Of a stretch of DNA of 64,000 nt, positions 52,238-64,000 are shown in pieces. How positions within the stretch are numbered: the stretch's first letter is position 1; each line of letters opens with the position of its first letter. The notes beneath the pieces are model-generated. The model worked only from the letters and a program-made list of their open reading frames with translations. It did no database searches and had not been told where the DNA came from. The stretch covers positions 53,196,001 through 53,260,000 of the forward strand of contig NC_043003.1 of assembly GCF_006345805.1 (NCBI RefSeq), written 5' to 3'. Source of the stretch: Octopus sinensis. Its lineage: Eukaryota. The position numbers were made by a program, and so were the translations under genes.

Positions 52238-53059
52238 AACACATGCACACTCTTCCCCTTCGGCCTCATATTCACAAATAGTTCCAATCAATTTTCCAGC
52301 CTTTTCCATATTTTTCTTATCTTGATTTTTAATCATTTGTACCTTTCCTTTTTACCGCCATTACATATTCTATTTGTTTCTTCCAAAACCCCATTTGCTT
52401 TTTTCTTTGCAATAAAACCTCATTGCATTCTCCTTAATCTTCCTCTCCTGACACCATTCCTTACCCCCCTTACTTACATATAGCAGCCTCTATTTCAGAC
52501 TCCCGTTTCAAACGTCAACCCCAGTCAATATTGCTACGTCACCACACTGCATTGCCACCACAAAATTTTCTTGGTGAAAAGCTAAGGCCATAGTTACATG
52601 CCCTCATGTTTGCGGTATGTTGAACAATGCGAATAAGCCGCATCATTTATCTCTTCTTGTTTGGCAGAAGTGCTTCAAAGCAATAAAATTAATGACTGCA
52701 AACAGTGTTATTTTTCAAATCTAATCTGTCTCCATCGACTCATAAGGCGTCTTCATGTCACTCTTCTTAAAGTTGACTGATTCAGAAACTTCTGGGAAAA
52801 TGGAAAAACAAAAATAAAAACAAAGCGAAAAAAACAAAAAAAAAATCATTTATAATTGAAAACAATCGCTAGAATTCTAAGAGACTGGTGGTCGTCTGCA
52901 GAAAACAATTACTATAGAAGTAAAATCTAGTTACAGTAAAAACTAAAACCAGTTACAGTAAAAGCGAAAAAATGAAATATGTTAGGTTGCCGTAATCATA
53001 TTATAGACAAGGTTTCAGATGTATTACCATGAAGATTTCTTCTATGTGAACCATAAATA

Positions 53060-53936
53060 CGGAGTGTTCGGGATAAATTTGATGGTTTATTTTCGTTTGC
53101 TATTTTCAGAGAACAGCTTGATGTATTGGTGAACAGTCAACGATGTTAAAAAGCATAAATATTAAAGTTGTAGTTTAGAAAAAGTTAGCGGACGTGGAGG
53201 ATTGGAAACCATTTGAAAATTGGAAAACAGTTGCCTGTATCATTGTGATTCGCTCCGAGTATCAAAATGCTGACATCATGACTGCCGCACATTACTCTAT
53301 GATTACTGTAAACATTGTAAAATGTGACATGGACATCATGGAAACCAATTTCCTCCCAAACTTTGATAGTCTGTAGGTGTATCTATCGTGAGGGTCGTGT
53401 CATTCCAGCCCATATCTTTGAAGCGGACGTTAGGCTCACTTCAGACGACTATGTGAAGCTACTGGAGACTGTGGTCAAACCTTGGCTGGAAGGGATTGCT
53501 GCTAGAAGGCTATATGTGCTTTAGTAGGATTCAGCGCTTTGCAATACCTCCGGAAAGAGTCAGAAGTGGTTGTCGGAGAATACAACTTCACAAGCCCAGT
53601 TTCTGGCCTCTTAATTCCCCCTGATTGTAATCCCATGGGTTACTGTGTGAGATGCAGTTGAGAAGGACACCAACAACTCTGCCCATAACACAAATGCTGA
53701 GCTGCTGGCCAAGATCCAGAAGGTGTGGACACGGTGAGAAACTCATGCGCCAGGTTCCAGAGCCGTCTTAAGGCCGTGGTGGAAACTGAGGGTGGTTGCT
53801 TGAGTAAGCTGTTCTCTCCAAACCATAATCAAATTGACATTTTTTGAAATATTTTCTATATAGTTTTAATTTTGGATGGGACGTTGAGTTTTCTTTTCCT
53901 TTTATGCAAACTCTCAACTTTAGCCCGAACATCCTA
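53060..53936 (+). mobile_element. Decayed Tc1/mariner-superfamily element (maT/DD37D-like), internally deleted
   Basis: Degenerate TIRs (TGTTCGGGATAAATTT / AACTTTAGCCCGAACA). Transposase pieces YVKLLETVVKPWL..*DSA..SQKWL..FWPLNSPDCNPMGY..VEKDTN..SRLKAVVETEGG. Confidence 0.8.
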
Positions 53937-54244
53937 CATGTCCACTATTCATTGCGCATTTTTTGTTAACTGTGTTGGCACTTGATGTCACAGACAATCT
54001 TTGCATCTGTTCCGAGTTTTACAGGTTACATTTGATTATACTAGTGCCATAAGTAGGTTTAGTGGTATGTCCTCTAAATCAATAATTTCCGAACAAATGC
54101 GAAAATTTTTGATTTCTAAAATAGACAAAAGGCTCCGAATTTGTGTCAAAATGATAAAAGTAAATGATAAAAAGGCAATCTATATTTCCAACGTAACATG
54201 AATGTCATGTTTGAATACAGAATACTACGTTATTTACGTATGAT

Positions 54245-54680
54245 AGAAGCTCCCATGGGGACTCGCGATGCATAAAAGCTCTTGTATTTATATCGTTGAC
54301 AAACGAGAACCATCGGCTCTACAGCCGCCGGAACTGCCAGATCATATGATTTCGTCCTGTTTTGAGCTCCGTTCACGTTGCGTTGGAGATCAAAATTGCA
54401 TTTAGGCATTAATACTGCTTCTGTTGCTATCAATTATTTTCAATGAGCCCGTGGGCTATTTGTTACATCAGTGTCTGAATAGATATTGATATTCTATATA
54501 TCTTTGACGTAAGATTCGACAGTTAGGTCGCTGCTGTAAGTCTGTCACTGACGAGCCGAAGCAGGGCGAAATCGCGTGCTCAGATACTTTCAATGGCCGT
54601 TGCATACGGTCCTCGTCTGCCGATGATATAAATATGAGTGCTTTTATGCACCACAAATCCACGAGAGCTCCTCTCAAGGT
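54245..54680. repeat. Old diverged inverted repeat (about 75-bp arms) enclosing a degenerate hammerhead-like core
   Basis: GAAGCTCCCATGG..GCATAAAAGC..ATTTATATC..ACGAGAACC against the reverse complement of 54605-54680. CTGACGA-GCC..GGC-GAAA at 54548-54571. Confidence 0.5.
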
Positions 54681-55059
54681 ACGTAATGCAGTATTCTGTG
54701 TTCTTATACTACGTCCACGTTATTTTGGGGATAAAAATTGCCTTTTAGTATTCAGACTACTTCTGTCGCTATTAATTAATTATAATAGTAAATTATATTG
54801 ACACTAGCACATCACTGGTTCTGTATGCTACTTACTCCGTACGAATCTTTTGCTGAAGCCGTCCAAATGAACGCATTAGTGTGAAACTTAAGAACCGGTA
54901 TATGGCAGCACGCGCGTGCACATATACGCGTGCGCGCGCACATAGACATATGTAAAGTATGAGAAAGAAGGAGTTCAAGTAAAACGACGGCCAGTCATAT
55001 GTATCCACTCAACAAAAATGAGGAGTGAAGTAAGCTCGGCGCGATTAAAGTTCAGAACA

Positions 55060-55435
55060 TAAAGGGGACAGACAAAGGGATTAAGTCGATTATATGAACC
55101 CCAGTGCGTAACTGGTACTTATTTTATCGACCCAGAAAGGATGAAAGGCAAAGTCAATCTTGGCGGAATTTGAACTCAGAACGTAACGACAGACGAAATA
55201 ACTATTTCTTTTCTACCCACAAGGGGCTACACACAGAGGGGACAAACAATGACAGACAAACGGATTAAGTCGATTATATCGACCTCAGTGCGTAACTGGT
55301 ACTTATTTAATCGACCCCGAAAGGATGAAAGGCAAAGTCGACCTCGAGGGAATTTGAACTCAGAACGTAAAGACAGACGAAAAAACGCTAAGCATTTCGC
55401 CCGGCGTGCTAACCTTTCTGCCAGATCAACCAATT
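55060..55435 (-). mobile_element. SINE family A dimer
   Basis: Same two-unit layout and junction as 42228-42630. Confidence 0.85.
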
Positions 55436-56017
55436 CTGCTATACACTGTCCTTTATAAATAACCAAGTATTAGATTATTAGTCAACATAGAAGGCTATGT
55501 ATCCAGTCGAGCTGCTAGGAAGCTTGGATAGCCAAATCTATTCTCTCTTAAAACAAACAAGCGAAAAAAGGGTTAAAAGAATAAAGTAGTTTTAGATACA
55601 TTTTGTCTGGAAAAAATTATCAACATTGATGGATTCCTCTCAATCATGAGTATGATCAATCAGAGCCAACCAGTGACTAAACAAAAGCAACTTAAGTTTC
55701 ATCCTAAGAGAGAAATTTGAGGCAACCCGGTTTCGAGTGGTAGCATCTATTATTTCTTCGCCCGCTACTCATATCTCAAATTGTCTTGCTATCTTTGTCG
55801 GTAAAAATACTCATTCACTCTTTGAGGGATAATTCCTATTTCGAACGATCAAATTATCTGCTCATTTTATCACATTTGTACCTTTTAGCTTGTTCGCAAC
55901 AAAAGTTCTTACATATTCTTTTTATTTAATAGAAACACACACACAATGTCACTAAATATAGGGATTTGACCAATTTTACATACTTCATTGGCTGATTAAT
56001 TTATGGATTATAAAGGA

Positions 56018-56048
<31 letters not shown>

Positions 56049-57109
56049 CATACAAACATATGTAAGTACTACGTGTGTGTGTGTTGTGTGTGTGTGTTTC
56101 TTTTTTAACTACTTCAGCTAATTGGTCGAATGTCTCCTTTCTGTTACTCTATTTTCACTGAAACGTACTACTTTTGTCTCTATTCATTTTGAAAATTATG
56201 AAGAATTTAAGTTAAATAACAGTCACTATTAAATTGAAGTTTAGAACATAAACTAACACGGAATCTCGATGCAAGGTTATAATTTAGATGACTCCAGAAG
56301 AAAAAGATTTTATCATTGAACCGGCGGGTGCTCTCGGGCAAATTCGGTATCAGATGGGTTGGGTCTGCTAACAGCTGTTCATTTAACAAAGCGCGTACAT
56401 CATGAAGCAAAGTTAATAAGAGATTTCACAACTAGGTTACTATAACAAAAACAGTCCTGTCTACATCTTGTTGATTTATAAGGTTGTTTACCAACTGAGA
56501 AATTAAGCGTAGTAGATGCAATGGAGCATGATCTCAATTCACTTCTGTTACTTAATTTGCTTTCTGCATATCTTACTGTGTACGTATACTGTTTATTCCT
56601 TATATATTCAAAATATACAGTTATATTTTTTAACAATCCACGTTCATTAATAAATCAATATATCGTTACTACTACTATAAAAAAAATTCCTTATATATGT
56701 AAAAGTTATTTCAGCGAAGGCCCATAGTTTCTACATTATTAGTTATAAACATTTCAGAGGTGTACTTGGCAATCAAGTGATTTGATCTACGACTCTGTGC
56801 TGAAACTTAGGTTATAGCAGCGTGGAAGATACATATTAACCATTCAGAAACATACGGCGACCGTTGGCTTCACTTAAGCATTCATAATTTTGTGTCAAAA
56901 TTTTCGTTGCAGTAACCGCAACCTGGTCTCTGACATAATTCCACTCTACCTCAATAAATATTCTACTACGTATCTTTAATAGTTATTAGTATTCATTTAT
57001 TCATGTTCTTCCAAATATATTTCTCAATTTTTTCACAAATGGAGAAAGAGTAGGTTTCTAACCCACATAGAGCTTTCGTTGAAATTCAGACATGAACCGG
57101 TTGAAGTTT

Positions 57110-58520
57110 ATGTATGTATGTATGTATGTATGTATGTATGTATGTATGTATGTATGTATGACATCAATTTTTAATTATTTTAGGTCATTCTGAAAGGAAG
57201 GAGCTTGTTTCTAAAAGGTGCAAAGCTCCATCATTCGAATGTAGATAAAACCAATCTCACATTTTGAACATGAGGAAAGTCTTACATATTTTTATTGTTC
57301 GGCTTACAGGATGTATTTGTAATGTGCATTTTAGCTGGTTGATTTCTTTCTATGAAAACCCGAGCCTTTTCCAGCTTGTTACTTAGGCATTTACTAATAA
57401 AATCAAGTGCACCAATTATTATTAATATAAATGTAAATTTATAATCTGTATAGAGAGGCTTGATGTTTCGAAAGAGTTATGTGTTATTATCCTCTTTCTC
57501 TTTTATTTTAGAAAAGGCATTCATATCAGCAGAGTATCCGACCTCTATAACAGTACATACTTTTTCTTGTCGAGCCCACACAACAATATCCCGCCTGTTG
57601 TATTTGGACTCAGTGGACGATTTGATGGGAATGTTCCGATATTATTCCTTGTGTCCATGTTTATGTACGTATTCAATAACAAGGATACCCTGTATATTAA
57701 TCCAAGGGCAGTTTTATATATTACTTTAGCGACAATCATGTCGCATCCGAAGGTAGTACCTTGATGTCATATTTTAGCGAGTGCTACTGAAATGTAACAG
57801 AGATGTAACAAAATCGAGATTTTTGGTTTCCTCTTGGGTCTCCAAGAGTTTTACTGTCTCTTTTATTGATTAAGTATTTACTAGCGATCTCCTTTTCTTG
57901 GATTGTAGTATGATGTGATGTAGCGATCGCGAACGCAAGAAAGGTCGCGTTCTAAGTCGACACTATTGACGTATTTGAGTTTTCGGGAAAGGAAGCATTT
58001 CTCATCCACGTCTTCTCTGAGATAGGTTAGTCCAAGTATTTTGGAGATCGACAGGAAAAGAATTGTTTCTGAAGATCTCACTGACAATTCATAAGATGTT
58101 GTTCTCTTCACTATTCAGCACTAGGTTTATAGAATTATTTTCACTGCTGTTGTTTAGCTTGTGCTGCCTAAGAAATACTATACGACTTCAAAGACTGTCT
58201 ACAATGATCCCACGATTCTACCTCTTTCGTCCCTTCTGGGCTACAGCCAGTCATACCACTGTTTCTGAAGTTTCTACTTGATGTCAAAATCTTGAGGTTT
58301 TAATGTCAATGGTATAAATTCTCTCTATGGACCATTCAGGTATCCTAAATTCTAGTGCCAGCACTGGTACTACAAATGCTTTGCGAGATATTGTTTTGCT
58401 CCAACAGCCTTATTTAGTCAGCCTAAGTCTGGTGTAATATTGTTGACCTACGTTTGTATGTATGTATCTCTTTGAATGCATGCATGTATGTATGCATGTA
58501 TGTATGTATGTATGTATGTA
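57110..58520 (-). mobile_element. Internally deleted copy of the (CATA)n-associated RLE LINE, flanked by (TATG)n on both sides
   Basis: Minus strand gives NIPIKSSTESKYNRRDIVVW..VIEVG..LYTDYKFTF..IIGALDF and SRTIKICKTFLMFKM*. (TATG)n at 57111-57160 and about 58455-58520. Confidence 0.75.
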
Positions 58521-58685
58521 TGTAGGTAGGTAGGTAGGTAGGTAGGTAGGTAGGTAGGTAGGTAGGTAGGTAGGTAGGTAGGTAGGTAGTTAGGTAGGTA
58601 TGTAGGTAGGTAGGTAGGTAGGTAGGTAGGTAGGTAGGTAGGTAGGTAGGTAGGTAGGTAGGTAGGTAGGTCGGTAGGTAGGTAG
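58520..58685. repeat. (GGTA)n tetranucleotide array continuing from (TATG)n
   Basis: Read directly from the sequence. Confidence 0.95.
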
Positions 58686-59296
58686 CTATAAAGGTATCTG
58701 TATCTCTTTATGTATATATGTGCGTGTGTATGTGCACATATATACAAGTGTGCAAGCACAAATGTGAGGATCTGTGGCATTTTGATGTATGCATGTGAAC
58801 ACATACATAAGTTTGAATCTCCGCACCTATTACATACGAAGATTCGAAAAAGTTTAACATATTTACTGAGAGGTATTACTGTCATATAGCTTAATGCCTT
58901 CCAAGATTCATAATGCCCTGGTTCTCAAAATTGATGCTAAACCAATTAGATAACATAGACATGGGCTGCAATAATTAAAATAATTATATTAATATATATG
59001 ATACTTATACATATACTTATATATATGACGATATACTATATATAACATATATACAGTATGTAATATATATGATATACATATATACATATATATATATATC
59101 ATATATATAATATATATATATATTATATATATATATATATACATACACATATACACATATAACATACATACATATATATACGGACACACACATTATATAT
59201 ATGTGGGTGTGGGTGGGTGTATTTGCATATATGTAGAACATAAAACATGTATAATATATATTTTATACACATTAATATTTATATAATGTATAGTAA

Positions 59297-59327
<31 letters not shown>

Positions 59328-59731
59328 TATACGTAAAACATACTATATAATGAGTCTATATTATATATATTTATAATTATATAATGTATGTACACACACA
59401 TATGTGTGTATGAGTGTGTGTGTGTTTGTATACACACACGCAAACAATATTTTAATATATTAAATATGTATATTATAATATAATAAGAAATACATTTATT
59501 GCATCTAAACAAAACCTACGTGTGATATATATGTAAATATATATCACATATCCAAATGCTTCAATAATTATTGGTATAAATCTAAAGTTATACTCCGGAT
59601 GTAATAACCTCAGGACATCATACGTCCAACATGTTACTATTCAACACTGAGTTAACATCTGTATATCGCTTAAAATATAGATATTTAGTATATATACATT
59701 ATATGTGCGTACGTGTAACAGTATTTGTAAT

Positions 59732-59770
<39 letters not shown>

Positions 59771-59789
59771 TATATATATATACTGCTGC

Positions 59790-60015
59790 ACACCTTCACC
59801 GCAACTTTCTCTCAGTCCCTCTTCCTGTTTTCTGTTGTACCTGCATCTCAAAGAGCCAGCCTTGTTACACGCTCTGTGTCACGCTGAATCTCCCCTAAGA
59901 ACTACGTTAAGGGTACACGTGTCTGTGGAGTGTTCAGCCACTTGCACGTTTATTTCGCGAGCAGGCTGTCCCGTTGATGAATATGTATCCGGACTGTTGC
60001 CATAGTAACGACGCT
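59790..60015 (+). mobile_element. SINE family C 3' part (end of body C1 + tail T1)
   Basis: CTGTTGTACCTG..TCAAAG..GCCTTGT..GTCACGCTGAATCTCCC..ACTACGTTAAGGGTACACGT as at 6000-6090. Confidence 0.75.
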
Positions 60016-60039
60016 AAAGCTCGCAGAGTGAATCTGCTT

Positions 60040-60320
60040 GGTAATGATTGACCGTGAACTCTGCTGTGCATGCGCACTAAGTTTTAACGCTCTAGATCAC
60101 TTCCGCTTTTTACAGCAGTGCTTGGAAGGAAGGCGTGTAGCGTGTGATAGTCGAGCTGACCATGATAGAGAAAGTTGTCATGGTCATACCAGCTCAGAGG
60201 CCTATGTAAAGTTGCAGAAAGTGTATGGAGAGTTTATGAGCCATAGACAAGTGTACGAGTTGTTCAGACGATTCCAAGATGGCCAAAAATATGTCGATAG
60301 TAACGAACATTCTGGGAGAC
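60040..60320 (+). mobile_element. mariner transposase N-terminal (HTH) remnant
   Basis: SEAYVKLQKVYGEFMSHRQVYELFRRFQDGQKYVDSNEHSGR fits the mariner HTH followed by the D..RSGRP motif. Confidence 0.75.
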
Positions 60321-60491
60321 ATACATGTGTGTGTGTGTGTGTGTATGTGTGTGTGTGTGTGTATGTGTGTGTGTGTGGTGTGTGTGTGTTTGTATAACAA
60401 GGATATCTTGTTACATTCTATTCATCTAACTGTTCGGACTATACCGAACTGGCTTGGTGGCCTCAGTTTAAGCACGCAATTCAACTGAATC

Positions 60492-60543
<52 letters not shown>

Positions 60544-60608
60544 GCTTGTTGTCCATACACCTGTCTTCGTCTTTTGTTATTTTGTAAATTTCAACTATAT
60601 ATACATAC

Positions 60609-60661
<53 letters not shown>

Positions 60662-60669
60662 TATATATA

Positions 60670-61015
60670 TATATATATAAAGTTAATCGAAACAAGAAAA
60701 CAAAAAGACAACAACGCGAGGATGTGGAACAAATAAAGTATTATTGGGCGCTCTTCGTCGGAAACATATGAGAAAGAAAGATCCTCGAGGTGGGAGGACA
60801 GAGGGAAAAAAATGCAAGTGGTCTTCACGAGGTCATATACCGGAAAGGTTTACGAAAATAAACAAAAGACGAAGGCAGGTGGAGTACAAATAAATAAATG
60901 TATTAGTATGGCGCTCAGGAATAGAAATAGAACAAGTCTTTTACGTTTCGAGCCTACGCTCTTCGACAGAAAGATACACAGAAAAGAAAAACAAGGAGAG
61001 AAAAAAAATGCGTGT
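60670..61015 (-). mobile_element. Two tandem pLTR-like units with hammerhead motifs, next to (TA)n
   Basis: HHR 5' halves at 60957-60969 and 60749-60761 (offset 208), each followed by a related T-rich tail. Confidence 0.7.
60937..60974 (-). ncRNA. Minimal type I hammerhead motif with a core mutation (A6>T)
   Basis: TCTTT-CTGTCGA-A-GAGC GTAG GCTC-GAAAC-GTA-AAAGA. Confidence 0.6.
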
Positions 61016-61260
61016 GGGAGCTAATGATATAAGTATGTATGTATGTATGTATGTATGTATGTCGTGCCTCTGTTTAGTGTTCCTTTACCAAATTTACTCA
61101 CTAGGCATTTCGCCGATTGGAAATTATAGAAGATATTTGCCAAAGAGGCCACACTATAGGACTGAACTAGAAACCGCTAACCTTACAGTTATGTGTGCTT
61201 CTCATTTTACCTCTTCCCCCCCTCTCTCTCTCTCTCTCTCTCTCACCTCTCTCCGATATA

Positions 61261-61321
<61 letters not shown>

Positions 61322-61739
61322 CATACACACACATGTATGCATATATGTACATGGGTACGAATATATATAATACATGTGTGTGTGTGTATGTGTGTGTGTA
61401 TGTGTGTGTGTGTTTGTGCGTGTGTTTGAATGTATGTGTGTGTGTTTGTGCGTGTGTTTGAATGTATGTGTGTGCGTTTGTGTGAGCCGTCCTCATTTGT
61501 TTCATAGAGATGGCTGCATTAAGAAATCCTCTAATAAACAGTCTCTCTATAGAATGTGTCGTTAACCGATGAATAAACAACTGTTAGCACCTCCTGTATC
61601 TTATTTTTCTCTCTATTGTGTTGCTTTGGTACTTAACAATAGCCCGGCACACGCATGGATATAGGCTACCACGCTGCGTGCATATGTTCCGAAGTTAGTG
61701 GGAGGTTGTACGCGTGGGCGTGTGTCTGGATGCGTCTAC

Positions 61740-61794
<55 letters not shown>

Positions 61795-62174
61795 TATGTG
61801 TGTGTGTGTGTTTCTGCGCGCGCATGCGTGTCTGTGTGTGTGTGGTTATTAAAGTGAGGAAGAAAGGAGGTGAGAAAGAAAGTGATATGAGGGAGTGTAG
61901 AGAGAGAGAGAGAGAGAGAGCGAGCGTAGAATAGTTGGAAGAAATACAGAAATGAAAGCGTAAAAACTCCAAGCACTTAAGATGAGAAAAGGGGAGTTTT
62001 AGACAAAGGAATCTGAAAGGACAGAGAATTAAAACGGAAGGGGATATAAAAGAAGGATGATGACATTTGTAAAGAGATACCGAAACGGCAGAGCAAAAAA
62101 AGTGATGAAAAATATGCGATCGTCTGTTTTACAACGGTAGAACAAGCGTTGTTTCTACTGTAAAAATACTAGAC

Positions 62175-62301
62175 GCAGGCGTGGCTGTGTGGTAAGAAGC
62201 TTCCTTCCCAGCCACATGGTTCCGAGTTCAGTCACACTGCGTGGTACCTTGGGCAAGCCTTGTGAGTAGATTTGGTAGACGGGAACTGAAAGAAGCCCGT
62301 C

Positions 62302-62305
<4 letters not shown>
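62175..62305 (+). mobile_element. SINE family B 5' part with internal deletion
   Basis: GGCGTGGCTGTGTGGTAAGAAG..CCTTGGGCAAG|CCTTGTGAG..GAAGCCCGTCG. Confidence 0.8.
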
Positions 62306-62338
<33 letters not shown>

Positions 62339-62654
62339 AATAAAACAAAAAAGAAAATATATACATACATATATATATAGATATATGCATACATACATAT
62401 ATATACCAATAAAAGAAAAAAGAAAATATATACATACACAAATATAGATATATGCATATATATATATGTGTGCGTGTGTGTGTGTGTGTGTAATTAATAT
62501 AAACAATAGAGTGCAATGTTTCACCAAAAAGGAAAATTATAATTACTACTAAATGCCGTCATTGTTAAGAATTCTCTACTGGCATTTTTCGGACGATTCA
62601 GGTCCCTGTTAGTGCATGTTTTCATTCACGTGCGTAAGCTACAGCATTAGAGTA

Positions 62655-62760
62655 CTTTAGCTCGAAACGTTAAAGACTTTTTCACTTCCCGAGCGTTAAA
62701 CTAATACATCTATTTGCTCTCTACACCACCTGTCTTCGTCTTTTCGTGAGTTCTCCCTAT
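62655..62760 (+). mobile_element. pLTR-like fragment beginning inside the HHR 3' half
   Basis: GCTCGAAACGTTAAAGAC..CCCGAGCGTTAAACTAATAC..CTGTCTTCGTCTTT, same family as 60670-61015. Confidence 0.7.
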
Positions 62761-62770
62761 ATATATATAT

Positions 62771-63383
62771 AACATATAATTGCCAACCAAGTGTGACGTC
62801 CCAAACAGGATAGTGCTACTGACTTTTAAAGCCCCAGGAAGACATCTCCTCCAGCTGGCTAACGACACACATTCTGTATCCAATTAGTATTTGCGAGGTG
62901 AGGTCATTGCTCCCATCCCAAGCCTTACGTGATACACACGGACTCGAGTTTCTGGGTGGTTACTCGTCCTCAGCGTGTGTTAATCACCAGCTAGTGATGA
63001 AAACTCACCCCACTCGCAAAATACTTTTTCCAGCGACGAACCGCCGCTGATCTCGAAAAAGGAGATATAAGCTATATTAAATCTCTCAGCAAGATATAAA
63101 CAGTAGCAATACGGAATCGTAGCATATAATTACCAACCAAGTGTAGCATCCCAAACGGGATAGTGCTACTAATTTTTATAGCCCCAGGAAGACATCTCCT
63201 CCAGCTGGCTAACGACACATATTCTGTGTCCGATTAGTATTTGCAAGGGGAGGTCATCGCACCTATCCCTAGCCTTATGTGATCAGTAACACTATCCCGT
63301 TTGGGACGCCACACTTGCTTGGCAATTATATGTTACGATTCCGTATTGCTACTGTTTATATCTCGCTTAGAGATTTAATATAG
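62771..63383 (-). mobile_element. Retrozyme-like element: 350-bp-period direct repeat containing an HHR, plus a 98-bp terminal inversion
   Basis: 62771-62933 repeats at 63121-63283 (offset 350). 63286-63383 is the reverse complement of 63072-63169. HHR at 62934-62980. No ORF. Confidence 0.8.
62934..62980 (-). ncRNA. Type I hammerhead ribozyme motif with GUC triplet
   Basis: ACACACG-CTGAGGA-CGAGT AACC ACCCA-GAA-ACTCGAGT-C-CGTGTGT: 7-bp stem I, palindromic helix III, stem II with two mismatches. Confidence 0.7.
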
Positions 63384-63436
<53 letters not shown>

Positions 63437-64000
63437 AACAAAGATGTACAGGTGTCAATTCATTACCTGATATTGTTTGGGTGTGCAAATTAGATCGACC
63501 TAACAAGGTGCTTCAATTTAAGTACCTAATTCAACTGAATCTTAATTATATTTTAGAGGCTGTGTGGTAAGTAGCTTGCTTTCCAACATCCTACTTTTTT
63601 CTATCGCGGGCTTATATGCCCCTTTATTTAGATTATTTTTCTAAGTCATTGCGCGCTGATCGCCATAAGCTTTAAGCTTATATAAAAAATACCTTTATTA
63701 TTATTTACAGGATTGTAAAAAACGGCACCGTATAAAAAAACATTGGCACCGAAAGCATATATATATATAAAGTGAGAAACCAAAGCAAGTAGCACTCGGC
63801 ATATTTTGTTAGAGTTACATGTATGTATTTAATAGTTGTTTCAATTTAGTTCCTCATAAAGTTTTGTAGTTAAGATACAACCATTTTGTCAGAGGTTTTG
63901 AGGTTCAGACTCTGTCTCTCCCAAGATCAGATGAGGTTGTTGTCAGTAAATATTTCCTTTTAAATCTATTAGGCTTGTTAGTTCTTGTTCATTGAACTTC

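Noticed and set aside
51470-52260. (GGA)n, polypyrimidine and (CT)n tracts as functional G4/H-DNA elements
   Set aside because: They could form such structures, but these tracts are common across the window and nothing ties them to a function.

Overview
Very AT-rich, repeat-saturated eukaryotic DNA with one 100-N scaffold gap at 13619-13718. The SINE, LINE and microsatellite make-up suggests an octopus or other coleoid cephalopod (inference). I found no convincing host protein-coding gene: almost every ORF in the track is a microsatellite translation or a broken transposon ORF. The window holds decayed RLE-type non-LTR retrotransposons (an R4/Dong-like family tailed by (TAA)n and a second family sitting in (CATA)n/(TATG)n), CR1/L2-group LINE fragments, pogo/Tigger and mariner remnants, a Mutator-type MITE, a Helentron-associated HINE-like element, and dozens of tRNA-derived SINEs from three or more modular families. 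The strongest signal is a set of short non-coding elements carrying minimal type I hammerhead ribozyme (HHR) motifs from at least four unrelated sequence families, arranged as inverted or tandem repeats as in Penelope-like pLTRs and retrozymes. Two stand out: (i) a 487-bp unit with a 15-bp TSD that joins a tRNA-derived Pol III head to an HHR-bearing terminal repeat (7751-8237); (ii) a 350-bp-period tandem HHR element whose repeat boundary lies 7 nt from the predicted cleavage site (62771-63383). All calls come from reading the sequence by eye. SINE and LINE boundaries are approximate; TSDs, HHR motifs and repeat offsets were counted.
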